Of a stretch of DNA of 64,000 nucleotides, positions 31,265 through 45,754 are shown piece by piece; within the stretch, counting starts at the first letter, position 1, and every line of letters starts with the position of its first letter. Under the pieces are notes generated by a model. That model saw nothing but the letters and a program-made list of their open reading frames with translations, did no database searches and was not told where the DNA came from. The stretch is from Blasia pusilla (lineage: Eukaryota), in assembly GCA_050084515.1 (NCBI GenBank), contig CM114271.1:48732001-48796000 (forward strand). The letters are read 5' to 3'. A program made the position numbers and the translations under genes.

Positions 31265-34200
31265 ATGATGGCGAGAAGATTGCAGCGATGGATTCCCAGA
31301 ATGAGGACTGTGGCAGCCATGTCTGCTGCCACCGCTTTCTCGGTCACTACAGTCATCACTCTTTCACCGACGGACTCGCTTCCTCATTCTATGGCCCTCT
31401 CCTTGATTCCAGCATGGCCTCATGGACACATGGCAACGCTGCTTGCTGCACAGCAAGGCGTATTACGGTCATCACGAGCAATTTTCACGGTTCTTCACTA
31501 GTCCCTTACCTTCTTACTCACCTAAATTAACGAGGATTGAACCAACGACCTTGCTATATCTCATCAGTTCAAAGGTTCCAATGAACTCTGAGGGGCATAC
31601 AAAGAATAAATTACCTCTCAATTTTCACTGTTCTCACCTAATCCCTGACCTGCTTGCCAGACTACTTAGAGTTATTGTAACGACACTATTCTTTCTGGTT
31701 GCATACGACATCTATTTCCATTACTAAAAAGGGTTACCTTGCGGAAGGATCATTGCACACACAATGCAGCCCCCCCTCCTTTGTATCTCTGATGGGTTTT
31801 CCATCAAGCGTTTCATTGAAGTTAATCCTCGCTCAAAAAAAGGGTTACCTCAAATGTGGAGAGAATTAATTGAGAGAGGAGTTAACTGATTCTTTGAGTC
31901 TATTTCTACAGAAACCAGTGGGAGTTTCCTTGCTGTGAACTTTAGGGTGGTTGCGAGACTTGCCATTTCCATGCATCAATTCAAAGGTTGTAGTCTGAGG
32001 ATGAAACGTTCCATCACACTTCCGTCTCTACTGTTGGAAGATGGCGTGATCATAGTACCACTTCATACCCTCAAATTCTGGAAACTGACATATCCTTGCA
32101 TGAGAAGGCTTATCCGTGCCAATACAATATCAAAAGCAAAATACAAGGTAGAAGACAGTGCAAGCATGGCTTATCTTCTTGTCCATTTTATCCTTGGACC
32201 CTGTGGGCTTGTCTACATTCGTAGTAAATCTACGATTCGCTCCAGTGGCTCTCCCTCTGGAAATGAATGTCCTTGCATGAGAAGGGTTCTCTGCGCTCAG
32301 ACAATTATCAAGAAAGAAATAAGATAAGAGGGGTTTTAAAATTAAGAGGGAATTTAGCAATTGAGTAGTGAGGAAAGGACAATGAGGACTTTTGGAAATG
32401 AGGGGAAAGGAATTTCTGTTTGTATTGTGCATTGCACAGGGTTACTCGTACTATGAATGACAATCATATATGTTCATATCCTTTGTCAACATGTAGAGAC
32501 ATGAGAATAGATGGGAGCTTTGCATGCTCAAACAGAGATTCTGTAGATGCCGAAATTGTCATTCACAAATGCCATTGACTTGATTATTATCCGTGTGTTG
32601 AGAAAATGTGATAGCTCTAATGGTATTGGAAAGAATTTTTGTAGACCATTTTCCCCCCCTCTCTCGCACAGAATGTGCAAGGGTAAGAAGATTAGGTAGA
32701 AAGAGAAATTGTTTAATCGATTGTCTTACCCAGACTTGAATCTCTCTCAGGGTTAGTGTATTCCTGCCTCATAGTCTGACTTCAATCTTTCTTGTTTCTG
32801 GGGACAACTTTAGCTCTCTGTGTGCTTTTTGTGAAAATGGAGTGACATATCTGGGTGTTGATAGGGAGTCATTTTTTTGTCGGACATGGGAAAGTGCAGT
32901 ATTTTTGTTCATTATCTATTTGATGAGGATTTCCAATTTTGTTTGCAGTTTACTGTGAATAGTTTGGACTACAAATATAGTCTGAGAGACTATGAAGAGA
33001 AGTCGGATGAATATTATGAGGCGCGTTCACAGGTCAGACTCTCATCCAGGATATGTTCCAATTGTTGAAGGTTTGTCATTTCTTTCATGATAGTATGAAA
33101 TGAAGATTGTTGCCTTTGGTTTCAGTCTGTACCTGATGGAGGCTCTCTAAGTTTCTACAAGAGAGCATGTGCTCTAGTTGAACATATACAAGAGTTAGCT
33201 TCTTTGGGAAACGCTGGTTACTTTTGCTGTCACTTGTCGTGCATGATTTTGCATACCTTGGTACTGCAAATATGTATTTTCAAGTTCCCTGGACCTCTTA
33301 GGTCCCTGTGGACAATAAATCAGTTCATTTATTCGCTATGACTCATCAAACTTCGTCAAGGGGATGGGACAATATATGGCAGGGCAATTAACAATGCACA
33401 TCACTGAATTATAATGTTGTGTTTGTTTACAGGTTCATGGACGAGCGGCAAAGCGAATCCTAAAACTCTGTCAGTCAAACAGAGGCTTCTATGTCAAAGC
33501 AGGTCAATTTGTGGCCTCTCTGCAAAATATTCCAAGAGAATACGTCTCTACTCTTTCAGTTTTACAAGATCAAGTAAGAAGGTCTACTTGCTTGAGTCAA
33601 TCTCTCTTATTTGCGTATTACATCCATTTTTACATTTCTGTAAAAGGACTGGCAGCACTTGCTGCATTCAATTTTGTTACTACATTTTCCAAGCATGTGG
33701 AGGAGATAATTATGTCTAGATACTCTTCCAAGTTTGCATTCAGATCCCAGGGAAGATTTCGTATACACAGTAATTGAAGTGGGAGAGGACATGGATGCCA
33801 CAGAGGACAGTTCATGATTGATATAGAATTTTGGTGGTTTTCTTTGTTTTTGTATGTATTTGATAATTGCAGGTACGACCATGGCCATTTCAGGCTATAG
33901 AGGTGGTCATTAGAAGCGAATTGGGCAGAAATGTTTCAGACATGTAAGTATAAAAGATTTCTTTTCAAATCTCGTGGGCACAGTTGTTGGTGGCCAGTTG
34001 TGTGGCAGTAGTACTGAGGCAGTGCAAATAATTGTGACCATGTCTGTTTGGCAGTCCTGTTTCAAAGTGATTGCAGGCCAACTGACAAAACTGTTTAGAA
34101 CTCAATATCTTTTTTCCAGAGTCCTTGTGTGACAAAGCTCCTACTGTCTTGGTCCCTATTACACCCTAATTCTTGGATATTTAGAAATCCTCAGTTTTGA

Positions 34201-37200
34201 TGGAAAGAATGAAAGGTTAAAGGTTATCTTGAAGTAGATACGTCATCCAGAAAATTGGGCAAGGCTCTTAATGCACAACCACTAACCTAGTAAAAGACGG
34301 GTGTTGGATGGATAAAGCCTAGCGCAGGTCATTCCCACTGTAATTCAGACCATGATGAGGTAGGAAACTCAGATGAGTTGGGTAAAATACCGGCAAGATT
34401 GTTGTAAAGGGAGTAGTGTATTCCTAGCAGTAGTGGGAAATTTACAAGGGTGACCAAATGAGTCTCTGAACAGACAATTGTGAGCTCTCTTAGCAAAAGA
34501 ATTCATACTGTTGACACTTTCAAATTCAGTGATGAGTGAACCCATAGTGAAGCTTAAGTTTTCTTTCTCTTTGTTCCTTTAAATGATATTGATGCTCCTT
34601 GTTTTTTGCTGCCAGTTTTGCAGAATTTGATGAGCTGCCTATTGCCGCTGCCTCACTCGCTCAAGTCCATCGTGCTCTTTTGAAAGATGGACAAGAAGTT
34701 GCTGTGAAAGTGAGTCTCATTCTTTAAGGGTTTCTAATTGGCTTGTAACTTCAGCTTCGAGAAATTCAACTTGAACCACCGGTACCTCACACTCTGGGTT
34801 TATCTCCTAAACTAAGTCCCATGGCCCTCCGAACTCCTCGTGGACAATAGATCTATTCATTAATTCCCCTATTTTCTTAGACGACATTGTTGGAAGTATT
34901 TAGGGGAGTTCTGATTCCTCACACACTTTGAAGAGATTAAAATTTATGGCTTGATGGTTGGGGTATTTAGCAAGGCCTCCCAAGAGACTTTGTAGTCCTC
35001 TCAAGTGGACAAATTCCATCTCCATAAGAGAACATAGTAGTTTTGTCAAGAAAGTCCTATCAACAGGAACAGTCCCTCCAAGATGACAATAAACTTAACC
35101 ACCAATTGTCCCTGCTTTGCTGCTTTCATGTGCTGCTTTGTATATCCATGAACTTCTACCCACGACTCATTTGTGAACCGTAAATGGACACCCATTGTTT
35201 TTCTACATATTCATTACTCTAAACTGCATAAATAAGAAGTTAGTTTACTTACCAAATCATTACGGGCATAGGAATTGGAGAATACACATGTGAATTGGTG
35301 ACTTGAAAATGGGCAGTACATTGCATGGGCTCCCCTCTCTAGTGGTAGTGTGATGTAAGAGTATGAGGATTAGGTGAGGGGTTCATTTCCTGTAATTGTT
35401 ACTTTTTTGATTTTGTGCGGATGTGATTTTGATTCTGTTGAAAGATGAATCAGGTGAGTTACATAGAATGTGATGTGTGAGTGTAAGTTGATACCTTGAG
35501 CCTAGCCCAAACCTTGTAAGTATTTTCTGTTGTCCACCACATCCTACCCTCTAAAACAAGTTTGTCCGCTGTAGATTATGTGCCAACAAGGTTTTCTCTC
35601 TCGACATGTGAATGGGATAGAATAATTTAGTGGTACAAACTAAAACCAGAGGTCTATCTTTAGTTGAAAGGAAGGAGGTTTGGGAGCATGTGAATTAGGA
35701 GCCATCTTTTTAGAATATCAGGGTTTCTCTACAACCTAGCTCTCACAAGCACACTTTGTGCAATAGCAACCACTCAGGTTAGATTGTAGAGGAAAGTACT
35801 AGACAACCTGTACCACCAGACTACCTAACAAGCACTCTTAGCGCAATAGCAACCACTCAGGTTAGTACTACTAGACACCTTGCATCACAAGACTCACTGA
35901 ACCCCTCGGGTCAGCAGACCACTCAGTCTGTAAGCAGAAAGAAGCACACTGCACTACTGAGGTCAGAAAAATACTCCACTCAGGTAACCAAAGCACACTC
36001 GGTGCTGCTCAATCAGATCCTCAATTTCAAGAGAGTTGTGTACAAAAAGGTGTGAGAGAATGTAAATTTGCAGGGCACCCTCAAGGGGTTATATACAACC
36101 AAAACATGAAGTTCTAGGTTTCAGGGTTAGGGCCTGCCGCCCATAGTAATTCACAGAATCACTGAGGTAAATCTATAGTAACAACAAATTACTATTTACT
36201 GTGGGTAAAACACTAACTTACTATTCACTATAGTAAACTCCAAGTTACTATGTTTTTACAACAAATCTAAAGGGCTGGTGTGAAGGAACTTCCAATTCCC
36301 GCCAAAAATGAGTTTCTTTGTCGATATATGTTGCCCTTTCAAGCGTTGTTGAAATAGTTTGGGATAAGGAGCTCACATGGAAAGTTTTGGACACTCTATT
36401 AATACTGCATGGAAGCTGACATCGATTCCAACCAGGAACGTTCAAAGATTCTTGGCGTTTGGAAATGGTCACGATGTGGCATTGCACATTGCCTACACTG
36501 CATGCACAATTTTTTGAAACACTTCTTTTGAAGCCAACCATCGTCAGTTTAAGGTTGGGCTGTATTATGTTCTGTGATTTTGTGGTTAAGGGAAGTAAGG
36601 GTTAGGGTGTTTAGCAAAGTTAGCAAATGGAGGCTAAATGGACGTCTCCTTCCTGTGGGCTTTATTAAAAGAGTGGTCCTCCCCAACTCAGCTAGAGAAC
36701 AGTACTTTCCCTAAGGTTACATTTTCTCACGCTGCCAGTGTGATGGTGAGTGTGTTGTGTGAGGCTCTTGCCTACTTGATTCTATTTGGATGTCAGGCCA
36801 ATTCCACCGAATGAGGAATGAGGAGGTCAGCTGCACAGACTGCAGTGTATATGGCTGTAATTGGGTGGAATGTGTGTGTGCAAATGGAGAGAGACTGGCT
36901 GGCCCGCACCTTGTCAGTATTTCATTTATTCGTCCTCTACTTTCTGCAGACTGTACTCATTAAGTAGTGCCTGTCGTAGCGTTGTGACCATAGACCCTGA
37001 ACCTTGGTTGGACGGTGCTAGAGACTGGGATGGTACGATATGAGAGGAGGGGGGCACTCTCATATAGTGTGAGTGCTGACCAGGAAGCTCTTTACAGCAC
37101 CATCTACTTTACCTGGTTGGGATCCCCAATACACATTACTTACTAGTGCAGCAGCTTTGGGCAGTGAATGTAGGAGGCTGAAACTGTGGAACATCTCGGT

Positions 37201-40200
37201 TTTACCAGCTTAGCAATATCAGGATATGCTCTTGCTCTGTGTGTTATGAATTTTGTGCAGAAGACCAAGTAGTGACTAGAGATTTCATCCTCATCTTCAG
37301 CTGCACAGTTTCAAGCCTGTCCCTTTGTTTGGTGTTGGCATCCCACACTAACGTTCCATATTCCATTGAGGGACGAATGGTATATGCAGAAAGAGCGCTT
37401 TACTTTTGATGTGATGTCCCGGAAGTCCGTTCACCTTCTTGTGACCTTCTTCAGGATTCTTCTTAATGTCGGCATCCCACATGCAGTCTTCTGAGAACTC
37501 AATGCCTCGATAGGTGTATGTGGACACTCGGTGTCCACATACACTCAAGTACCAGTGTTGGTCTTGGTCCTCCTCCTCGCCATTGAATATCATCAGACGG
37601 CACTTCAATACATTCGCCTCCACCCCCCACATGTCACACCAGATTTTGGTCTGGGAGATCATCTGTTGGAGTTTCTCTCCTGTCTATTAGTCCATGAAAG
37701 TCATCTCCAGATATGAGGGCAACAATAGAACGTTTACCCACCTGGATGCCTTGTCCACTATCCTCCATTTTCCCCAATAGTGAGTTTACGAAAATATGGA
37801 AGAATGCGAGGGAGAGTCGGGTTTAGTTAGATTTCTAGTCCACGGAAAGCCTAGACGCCTATGGGACTCCCTTCCATATTAGTGACAGTGATAATGCATC
37901 CGACAGGCACCTTCTCATCCAGATTTCTATTTGGTGTTCCCATGAAGGAGATTTGTTTTTTGGGTAGTGGCATTCCCCAAGTAGTGGGAATGCCACTGAC
38001 CTGGGGTTGAGACCGCACCCCACTGTCCAGTGTTCAAATTGAATCGGTGACCTCTGTGATAGTGTCTTAAGTGAATTCCACACTCCTTGGTCATCTACTG
38101 CTTGATGACCTCTTTGAGAGGATCTTCTGGAGCTTCATGTCCAAGTTCTTGATTCTATGTAAGTGGGGTGTAGACAAAGGACACTTGGATATAATCTGCA
38201 ATTTTGTTCAGATTTAGAACCTTTAGTTTACAAAATCCGTTAGTTCACCTCTTTCAAGACCCATACCACTGTGAAATTTTGGATCCGGTTTAGAGTCTTG
38301 TCCAACATCTTGTAACTGTGTGGTGGCAGTCGTTGGGTGTGCTGTTATTCTTCCTGTCTGGAGACTTCATTAATTACTATTTTTGTATCGTGTTTTATAT
38401 GGAAAATAGGTTCAGTATCCACAGCTTCAACAGCAGTTTCAAATGGATGTTAAAACCATGGCTATTCTTTCAAAAGCTCTATCATGGGTATGTCTCTATT
38501 CCATCACCTTTTGTTTCTTTGAGATGTAGATGGGTGTAACCTTTGGAGATAACGCAGACAGATGGAAGCAATACTTGTATGTATGCATGTATGGTGCCAA
38601 GTAAGTACAAAATTCGTAAAATCACGAATTTTGTATGTCACCATCTTCTGTATTTCTGAGAAAAGGATTGATGCTACTAGACCTGCATGAACCTACATGA
38701 GATGCTCCCAATGAAAAATGTATATCTACCATAATTTAGAGGGATTCCTGGGTGCACCTAAACACCGTCAGATACATAAATAGGTAACCTCTTAGACACC
38801 TGGAAAAGCTTCGTTCTTTCATAATTCATGGGAGGAAGAGTACAGAATGTTTAGTTGAGTAGCTAGAAGATAGCAAGCTATTGCAAGCTGTCGAGCTTTC
38901 TTTGAAGCTAGGTGCCAAGAGAAAACCAAACTATGAGTAATTCACTTAGATGCTCATCCATTGTTGACTTCTAAGAGATGGCAGTGAAGTCCTTTGACCT
39001 CTCCACGTCTTCTCTTGCTGAATCCGCTATCTTAATGATCTAGGATGTATAGCTATCTATTTGTCCTCTTGTATTTTGTAATTTATCTGCTTAGCCAATT
39101 GATGTTTCTCTCAAGTGACCTGTGAGTAACAGTCCTTTTTGGAGCTCAAAAATGGTTAAATCAAAGGGTGGTTGTTTGTCTGCAGTTATTTCCAGACTAT
39201 AAATTTGAGTGGATTGTACCAGAGTTTGAGAAAATCTTGTCAAAAGAACTAGGTATGTAATACCGTGTGAACTACGTTGGTAGATTTATGTACATTGTGT
39301 CCAGGTGATATGATGTTCTCATTCTCTGATAGTCATTCAATTTCATAGTTCACATAACCCTCTCCCGTTCTAGCGAACAGGAAAGGGCTACAAGGAAAAT
39401 TGTGAGTCAAGGGAGGTGTGATAGTCGAGTTAGCTTTCGGCTTGTCATTACCACCTCCAATTTTGTTAGCTTGGATTAAGAACTGTGTAAAGGTTTGACA
39501 AAGGGAAACTATCAAGGAATTCATTGATCCTCAAAATAATCGTGTCACGTGATTGTAAAGGATATAGTCCTATAGATTTCAGCTGAAAACGGCTCCATGC
39601 CTGCCTGCAGTTTGTCTGAATAGGACATATCATCATGCAAGCTAGGTAGCCGCTTCGATGGAGATCACCTTAGGAAGTGGACGCATGGAAAGTGTGAAAA
39701 AGATCGACCAGCAGAAGTATCTCCTGAGAAAAAGAATGACCAGCAGAAGTATCTTCTTGTACAAAGTCAGAGCTAGCATCAGCTAGACCATCCATGATTT
39801 CAGTTTGTGCACAATCAGCAAATCAGTTTCTATCTCTACACTAAATCAGAGCCCTACCATGGTGTGACTCTTCTTATTATCTAACAGATACTAAACAGGA
39901 TTCTACACAGTTACACCTTGCACTCACAATACAGATCCTCACACGTCACCAGCTCAGTGATCAGACATGGCTCACCTCATTGAGCACAAACAATTGCCTG
40001 CCAGTGAGGCTCTAGCAAGCACAGCAATTAGTCTCAATCTCCTCTTCCTATTCTCTGATCACTCTGCAGCAGGACCAAGAGCCTCAGGAGTTCTCACAAA
40101 AATTGTGCATATTGTAGAATTAGCTTCTACTCTCTAAACAGAGACATTAGATACATGAGGGTGCCCCTGGCCCTTAGATCTTCTTGAATAGGTCCATACC

Positions 40201-43200
40201 CTAAATAACAGATGCTGACTAGTCCTAACTCGAGAATTGCCCTAATTCAAGGTTACCCTAAAAAGATAGAGGAACACTAAGTTATCTCTAGCTAACTAAA
40301 TTAGTATCCAACTAAGTTAGTATCTGACTAATTACTTTTAGGGCATGACTGAACTAGATTTTAACAAATTTCAACATCTCCTTGTTTAAAGTCAGACCTA
40401 GCATCAGCTAAACCATCCATGATTTTAGCTTGTATACAATCAGCAAATCAATTTCTAACTCTATTACCAAATCAGAGCCCTACCATGAAGTCACTCTCTT
40501 TATTATCTAGCAGATACTAAGAAGGATTCTACGTAGTCACACCTTGCACTCACAACACAGAACACACATGGCTCACATCACTGAGCAGAAACAATCTCCA
40601 TCAGTTATCTAGACAAAATGACTTGCATCCTAGTGAGGTTCTAGCAAGCACAGAACTTAGTCTCAATCTCCCCTCCCTTCTCTGAGATCACTCTCCAGCA
40701 GGGCCAGTGCTGCACGACACATTAAGAACTTCAGGAGTTCTTACCAAAAGCTGTGCATACTATAGAATTATCTTCTGGCTCTAAGCAGAGACAATATATA
40801 CATGAGGGTGAGCATTTCTGGCCCTTAGATCTTCTTGGACAGATACATACCCTAAATATCTGATGGTGGTTAGCCCTAATTCGAGATTAGCCCTAATTTG
40901 AGGTTACCCTAAGAAGATAGAGGAGCACTAAGTTATCTCCAGCGAACTAAATTAGTATCCAGGTAAATTAGTATTTGACTCACTACTTTTAGGGCATGAC
41001 TAAATTAGATATTAACAAATTTCAACAGAAAGTAGAGAGGAGAAGTACTGAATCCAGATTTATATTAGTAATGTTGTGCAGATTTTATTCAAGAAGGAAA
41101 GAATGCAGAGCAGACAGCAAGGAATTTTGCCAGCAAAGAGAACGTTAAAGTTCCACGCATAAATTGGGTATGTATTAGCAGGTCTATAGTGCTAGGTCTC
41201 GATCAATTTAAAGTAGAAGATTTTTGTTAGAATGATGGAGCAATAACTTGACTCAAATGTCAGTAAAGATCAAGTTCACTGAAAATATTAAAACTGCTGC
41301 AGGATTTGACTACAAGGCGAATTTTGACCATGGAGTTCATGCAGGGCTTCAAGGTGTGCAAATTTGTGATGTTTCAAATCCAGCACGAGATTGAGGGGAA
41401 TACTGTTGTGATGAAATTAGTTCGATTCTTTCCACACCAGAGAAACCATCTGATATGTACACTTATGTCTTAGCTCAGGTTGATAGCGTTGAGAGTTTGC
41501 AGAAGGCTGGAATCAATCAACTACAGGTGAGGAGCCGCATCTTACTTATTACTTCAATTTTTTAGTGACATGCTTCAGATTCATTAAGATCCCTATTTCT
41601 ACATTTCAAATAGCTTTTCACTCTTCGCTAATAGTAACTGGTTTTCTTCCTCACTTCGATTGATCTATGTTAAGTCTTGCAGCAGATATTATGCAGTATG
41701 TTGATAATCTTCGATTCCATGGCGCTCTGGCAGGTAGCGGAGCTGCTAGTTGAGGTTTTTGCAGAGATGATATTTTGCCATGGCTATGTGCATGGAGATC
41801 CTCATCCTGGAAATATCCTTGTGTGTCCCCACAATCAGGGCAAAGGCAAGCGCAACTTTGACTTGGGTACGTACTCTTGCAGATGTTAATGTTTTCTCCT
41901 ATACTGCTTCTGACGGAACTGACGATTATTCTTGAAAACATCAAATGTCATGAAGTTATTCACTGAGAAACTTTGTGACATGTGGTTGGAGATGATGAAT
42001 GCAGTATTGCTAGACCATGGCTTGTACAGAGAGTTGGATGAGGGTTTTCGATCGGACTTTTGCCGCCTTTGGAAAGCTCTGATTTTGCTTGATCCAACTG
42101 AAATGGAAGAGGTCGGTGACCGCCTTGGTGCTGGCCGATATTATCGGTATCTACCTGTCATCTTTACCGGTCGTTCATTAAACAGGTAATTCTTGGTTCA
42201 TACCCTGTTTTTATTCTTATCTGGCTCTTGTAAAAATTCTTGCTTGAAGGTATTTGCTTTCATCACACAATGTGGTTGCGAGGATACATTGTCTGAACTA
42301 CTTGGTTTGGTGCTTGATTTTGGGCTCTACCAAGCCAAAATCAAGCGAGTGAAATTTTGGGTGGAATTGGTTATATCAACTTTCATAAGACAAGCAGTTG
42401 GAAGTTTCTGTGCTAAGATCTCAAATGGTATGCAATACTTCTTTGACAGTATTGCATCTTGAGCTCAACTACTTTCCTCAGATTTGGGTTTCCTTATCTC
42501 ATGGGCTGACCATCCACAGATCAAAGTGATTGATTGTCCATCGAAGACAAAAGTTCTGTTCACATGTCAGTTTGGACAATGTTGAATCTCTTGGCTATTG
42601 CTCTAGAACATGAACTTAAACATGCTTCTCGGAAATTTGGAATAGCAGTAACACGGGACTGGGGCAAGGGATGACTACGGATGAAAGAAACAAGCTGAGA
42701 GAGGAGTTGAAACACTTCACAATGGGTGACATATCTCAGTTTATGGAAGGTCTGCCTCGTGATTTTTTGACAGTGCTGCGGACCGAGTAAGGTTTCCTGC
42801 CAGAGACGACCCTGCTTGATCTGCTTCCCCATTCAATCATACCATTTTGTGATAATCAGTTTGAAATAGCCAAGTGCCTGCATCAGTATGTGATCTCCCA
42901 ATCGGAACATCTGGAACAGTTAACTTCTTAGGACAATGCTGTCTTATGCTGTCACGTTTGTTGCTTGCTCTGGCTGACATTGGTACTACAGACTTCTGAG
43001 TTTGGGGGCCCCATGGTCCTCTTAGGTCCCTGGTCTCCGCAGACAACAAATCAGTGAAATCACTTCATCCATTCTCTTACATGGGTTAAGTACATAGCAC
43101 ACATCAAAGAATGCTGTTTAATGCACATCAAAGAATGCCGTTGTCATGTCGAACCCCCATGTGGAAGGGGGGACTCCTGTAAGAACGAGCTGCTCCTCCA

Positions 43201-43709
43201 TGCAAGTTTGAAGGTTAGTACTTCCTAGTTCGAGGGCAGCTCAAATCTGCTTCTTGGAGTTGTGCGAGTCGGAATAGGAAGAAACGTATAGGGTATGAGA
43301 GCTGTTTTCGCATCTGTGACAGCGGATTGCTCAGGTCGATCACAAGTAAATTGGGAGCCATGCCCCGCATGCGATTGATAGCGAATGCTAAATATGCAGT
43401 CATGGGACTTTATCTACAGCATCGAGGGGAACCTGGTACGTCGCTCCCCCAAATCGATCCCGGATTTGAGCATCTGTTCGTGTTTCCAGTGTTCTGCTTC
43501 GTGTGAAAGATGAATTTGCATCTGGGCTCATTAATCTTTAGAGAGATGCATATGCCGTTATGGCCTGAATTGAATGGCTTGTTCATTTCTTCTTTGCAGT
43601 CTTGCAAGATCATGATATGTGCTGGAATGTCCTGCATCTGTCGGAGGCCTCTGATCCCCTTCCGCTTCATTATGAAGATGAAGTGGCTTCAGATCCCAAG
43701 AGGCCATAA
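31265..43709 (+). CDS. ABC1/AarF-domain atypical kinase (ADCK1/ADCK5-like); about 15 exons
   Basis: Exons 31265-31489, 32949-33032, 33433-33573 (GFYVKAGQ), 33873-33943, 34616-34709 ([15 protein letters not shown]), 38410-38487 (VQYP), 39186-39252, 41082-41167 (DFIQEGKN), 41303-41353 (LTMEF), 41479-41526, 41734-41866 (HGDPHPGN), 42005-42185 (LLDHGLY), 42649-42786, 43323-43435; last exon 43600-43709 tentative. Confidence 0.93.
36950..37821 (-). mobile_element. Internally deleted 3' fragment of the same LINE family, in a kinase intron
   Basis: ORF 37348-37662 [21 protein letters not shown] matches 15880-15990; GCACTACTTAATGAGTACAGT is shared with 17201-17221. Confidence 0.9.
39758..41027. repeat. 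Two tandem, diverged 620-645 bp LTR-like units in a kinase intron (39758-40376, 40383-41027)
   Basis: Both start TGT..AAAGTCAGA.CTAGCATCAGCTA and end AACAAATTTCAACA (TG..CA, short inverted termini); 6-bp spacer TCTCCT. Confidence 0.8.
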
Positions 43710-45754
43710 GCTGAGACAGACAATATCGATTGGGCCTAGGAATTCCGTCCTGATTATGTTTCCCCTCAGATTCTCGAGAATTTGGACAACGCCTGACTGA
43801 TGATTGGGTGAATTCAGGGCGTGAGTCTCAAGGGTGGCAATCGCACATCAAAGCTCTGTATATGTATGCAAATCTACGGGTTCGATTAGGTGAATGCCTC
43901 AACTCCCAAATCGCACAACAAGCCTAGTCTGAAATGATGCAAGAGATTAGATGAGAATAGGAATCGAGGAATCGAAGTGTTTGCGAGAAGCCTGTGGATG
44001 TAACAGCTCTGCGTACTTCGTAAAGTGTGGGGTTGCGTGTGAACATCCGCACAAGGCGACTCACGCTCAGACATGCCTTGATTTGCAGAAGTTTATGAGC
44101 TAACTTACAGACTGGAACTACTCTACGATTCTATGGTACAACGCCTGAGGTCATTTTTTGAAAGGACTCTTGGTAGATGGTGGAAGATTGATGCTCACAC
44201 ATCATGAGTGCTCGTCGACCTGTGCTCTTCGTCTGATAGCAAATTATACGCCGGTTCCCAGTAAAAATCACACCCAATTAAGCATTGTTAAAAGTCTGTT
44301 TTTATTCTTGCTGCATGATATCTCTTCCTCTCGGGTACTTGCAAGAGATAGCTACCATACTCCTTCACGTAGAGTAAGCACTCATGCAAAATAAAAAAGA
44401 AGACATCATTCACCTAACACAAAAATTGAGTTACTAGCCATGGGAGACCCGATCTACTAGAGTGACACCGTTCTAATCATACTGTTTTGATGTAGCTCTT
44501 AAGAATATTGGCATAGTTCAAGGGCGTCTTGATGATAGTGAGCGTCACAATGATATGTTACGTACAGTCATGCAATCAACTACTAAGGAGCGAGACTACA
44601 ATGTTGAGAAGATTGCCACTCTGCGTCAATTGATAAGCTAATTTCACTTGAGAAACATTGTCTACAGCAGTGTCCAACTGATCACGACTTGCATAACCAA
44701 ATTGTTGCCCTTACGCAGTAGTGCACCATCAAGTAGAATTTTGTTGCTACCACCAAACATTGCCATAGCTCTAATTCACTGATGTACTCATTTCAATACA
44801 TTTAGTGAGCTCATCGTGTCCAGCTCACTTTTCCTGCCTAGAAAAAATGTAAATCACTTCAAGAATCTCCTCTCTGGTTTTTCATCCTTACATGCCTCTA
44901 TTTGTCCTTATATTTTCTATTTGCGCGATTGCTTTTACCACAAGCCATGCTGACAACGATACTATAACAATCTCTTGCTTCCAATTCTTATTACATTTAA
45001 GCCGAGGAAAAGCATGCTCGTTGCCTTGTCTCTCATCAGAAAATGTGGAACATGAAAAACTTGAACATCCCCAAACATGTTGTAAGTGATATGAAGCATG
45101 CAATAGTATTTAACATAAACACTGAGATAGTGTTACACTTGTCAAACCCACCAACACTTAAACATGCAATCATATGGCAACCTGTGTTTAGAAATAGCGG
45201 AGTTGAAAAGTGTGGAGACTGACATGAAATGTAGTTACTCCAACACAAAATAAGGACATTATAAAGAAATCAATATGTGCACATATATGGTTTTGCTACC
45301 ATATATGTGCACATATGGTAGCAAAACCAGAATGCAAACTCGACATAGAAATGTTTTTTATAGTTGATTGAAACGTGTCGGAACATGTATCAAGTTGTTT
45401 AAAAACATTCTATGAGCCGATGTTACCAACAGTGAAGGAAGTTAAGTGTTGCGCTCAGTATGCCCAAAACAAATCTGAGCAAAAAAACAAATAGTGAATT
45501 TAGCATCAATGTGCAAAGTGTGTGTAGGCTAAATGTGGAAGCAAATGTGGCGGGCACACATTCAGCAATCATCTTGCATGTTATGTTGCTATATAAACAT
45601 ATATTAGAGGGAATATAGGATTGCATGAAAACAAAATATGAAAGAATGAACGATGTGACAATCATTATGTAGCAAGTATTAGACTTACAAAGCATATGTC
45701 TTGTGTCACATACACTTCCTTTTGCTTGGAGACTCTGTTAACTTGGGTGTCTGG

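Noticed and set aside
35750-36540. Possible solo LTR in a kinase intron (short GCAATAGCAACCACTCAGGTTAG duplication)
   Set aside because: Termini and TSD could not be defined
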